DNA from: Zygnema circumcarinatum SAG 698-1b
Lineage: Eukaryota; Plantae; Zygnematophyceae
DNA: 64,000 nt
Direction: 5' to 3'
Assembly (NCBI GenBank): GCA_037447605.1
Contig: CM074820.1
Coordinates: forward strand, 496,001-560,000
Below the pieces are notes generated by a model. It saw nothing but the letters and a program-made list of their open reading frames with translations. It did no database searches and was not told the DNA's origin. Each line of letters starts with the position of its first letter. Within the stretch, counting starts at the first letter, position 1. Below, piece by piece: positions 61,601 to 64,000 of the stretch. Made by a program: the position numbers and the translations under genes.

Positions 61601-64000
61601 TCTGCGAGCCGCGTTCTCTACAATGGTCCGATCGTGAAAGTTTTCACCTAATCTCCCCGCCCGTGCCGCCGTAAGAGGCGCTCGCTCTTCTTCCCTTTCT
61701 TCTTAGCTTCGATACGATACGATACGATACGGAACGATACGAAACGCCCCGATACGGTCCAATCTCATCATTGGTGCGCTCTTCCACTTTGACAATATTG
61801 TAGCATCATAAATGGGGCGAACAACACGAGGCGGGAAAACTTCGTCTAAGCGTCCGCGATGTGTAGCGCCGATGCGATCCCCGATGCATATGTCTGATGC
61901 GATGCGATTTATGATATGAGTGATGCGATCTGATACGGTCCAACATGAACTCTAATATCTGGCAGATCTATCACGATAAGAGGCAGACGTCTATAAAAGA
62001 ACTTTTGGCCGTTCGCCTGGCTGCTTCATTTTGCCTACGCGCTGACCGTGGCACGACCTCTTGTCGTTGTCTTTTCGCGTTTTCTGTCGCGTGTCTTGTA
62101 GCGCATTGCTTTCTGTTTTGTTGTTTGTGCTTCTTTTCGTTTTTGTTTTGTTTTGGTTGTTTTCGCTGTATTTGTTTCTTCGCGGTTTTTGTTCTAACGT
62201 TTCGCCTTGTTTTGCGGCATTTTTACGCCGTAGCGATAACTGGCGGTATTGCGTTTTCCCTTTTGTCTCCCCCTTCGTCTCTTAGATCCTTGTGCTTCTT
62301 CTTTTGGTTGCTCTCGCCTTTATGCCTTTCCACCCTTTTTCTGTTTGTTTTCTCCTTCCTTTCCTTCTCCTTCCCGTCGCCTCCTTGGTCCCTTCCCTTC
62401 CCTTCCTTTCCTTATTCCTCCTTCTGTTTCCTATCCTTTATCCCCAATCCCTTCCTTTGTCCTGCCCTTCCTTTCCTTCTCCCCCCTTCTCTCATTTCCC
62501 CTCCCGCTTCCCTTTCTCCCTTCCCTTCCTTCCTCTTTCCTCCCGTTTCTCTCCCTCTCCTTTCCTTCCCTCCTCCTTCCTTTCCCATCCCCTTCCTTTC
62601 AGTATTCCCCCCTTTCTTCTCACTTCTCTCTTCTCTTTCTTTGACCACTTCTCTTCCCTCCTCTTCCTTCCTTTCCCTCCCCCGCCTCCTCTCCCTTTCT
62701 TTTCCCTCCCCTTCCTCCTACCCCTTCCTTCATCCCCCTTCCCTTATCCTTTCCCTTTCCCTTCTTTTCCATACCCTTATTCCTCTCGCCATTCCCTTTC
62801 CTTTCCCTCTCCCTCCCCTTCCGGAGTCCCTTCCTTCTCTTCCCTACCTTCCCTCCCCTTTCTCCTCCCATCCACCAGCTTCCCTTCCCTCATCCATTCC
62901 TTCTCCTTCGTCAAGTACCTCTTAAGTCATCCTCTGGGTTCCCCTTCCCCTTCCCACTTACACTTGTATGCATCTGGCATTTGCTCTTCCCCCTCACAAT
63001 CAGTTCTTCCCTCTTCCTTCTTCCCCTCCAGCTGCTGCTTGAGACTCTCCCAGGGTTTCCCTTGTGATCATTGTGGAAATTGTTTTGGTCAGGGGGTGGG
63101 ACAATCTGACACATGTCTTGGCCCGGCGTGTCCTCTTAGTCCTCCGTTATGCGACCCTTCTTCTCCCTCTTCTTGCCCTCTACCCGTCCGCGCCACCCAC
63201 AGACCTGCTTTGCATGTTGGGCCCTGAATCGGCTGTAGGCGTATCTTTCGGTCTTTAGATGTCCTTGGGTCGTTTTTGTTGAGTCCGTCCTGCGTCTTCG
63301 CTCATTATCCCACGGGCTTCGCGTGTTTGTGTTCGTGATGCTGCGTTTGCCTGCTTTTGCTTTCGTCTTGCGTGTGATCCATGGGATGTTCTTTGCGTGG
63401 CATGTCAGCCTATTCTTTTTCCCCTTTGGGTTTTAATTTTGCCCCTGCATTGGTGGGGCCGGCTGGCGGATTAGCCGAGGGCCAGTGGTAATACCGTTTG
63501 GGTGGGGATTGGGGCTTTCTTGGCCAGGAAACACTTGTCCAGCATTAAATTACTTACAATGTCTGCTTGCTTATTCGCCCCGCCCTCCCTTTTCGGACGC
63601 CTCCGTACCGACATGTGAGTTCAGATGAAGCCGTGCGAGTTGTCTGTATTTTCGCTCTTGACCCATACTACGCGCCCAGGCCAACAACGGCGCTGGATGC
63701 GCGCCGGACTACTCCCGTCCGGATGCGCTGCTGGATCCACTTCCCTTCACTCGACACTTTTTGAGCTTTGTCGGTTCCGTTTGTGCTTGATGGAGTGCGA
63801 CTTCGTTCGGACGGCTTCTTCGCTCCCTCATTTAATGCAACGGGGGCCTTGAATAGTTTATGAGTTCTTCGTGATGTGTTTTCTCGGACCAGGGATAGTG
63901 GGTTTGGTTTGCTTTTTCAGCTTGCTTGTGTCATATCGCTGTTGGAGCGTGGGTCTGCTCGCTCCTCCCGGCGCCACCTTGCGTGTCGCCCTCCATTGGA

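Noticed and set aside
61945-63227. ORFs of 326 and 311 aa with hydrophobic Phe/Leu/Pro/Ser composition
   Set aside because: Low-complexity C/T-rich DNA with no recognisable domain.

Overview
Eukaryotic green-plant (streptophyte) nuclear DNA with many introns and microsatellites. It is not prokaryotic, and I see no CRISPR array, operon or tRNA. The 5S sequence and gene set suggest a non-seed-plant streptophyte (bryophyte or charophyte alga grade); this is inference, and the species cannot be determined. Most ORFs in the supplied track are artefacts of (GA)n, (CCCTCT)n and (GGGA)n tracts, so genes were rebuilt by hand from GT-AG splice sites. Left to right: ribophorin II (RPN2, minus, runs off the left edge); a LEA-like protein with a TMEM205/DUF4149-like C-terminus (minus); an unrecognised secreted protein (plus); a possible small basic protein (plus); a conserved plastid membrane protein (plus); a TraB-domain protein (minus); mitochondrial inner membrane peptidase IMP1 (plus); a 5'-truncated 5S rRNA copy; a type-11-like SAM methyltransferase (minus); a small membrane protein with a transit peptide (plus); and a ~22 kb DExH-box helicase gene of the DHX29/DHX57 type (minus). 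Two segments of the helicase gene are duplicated across N-gaps, probably as assembly redundancy. Intergenic DNA contains several non-autonomous inverted-repeat elements, a ~615 bp foldback and an array of palindromic units. I found no clearly novel multi-gene system. The most unusual supportable signals are two introns whose 3' splice AG is preceded by 650 and 1320 nt of sequence with no adenosine (implying very distant branch points), telomere-like tracts next to splice sites, the palindrome array, and the orphan secreted protein.
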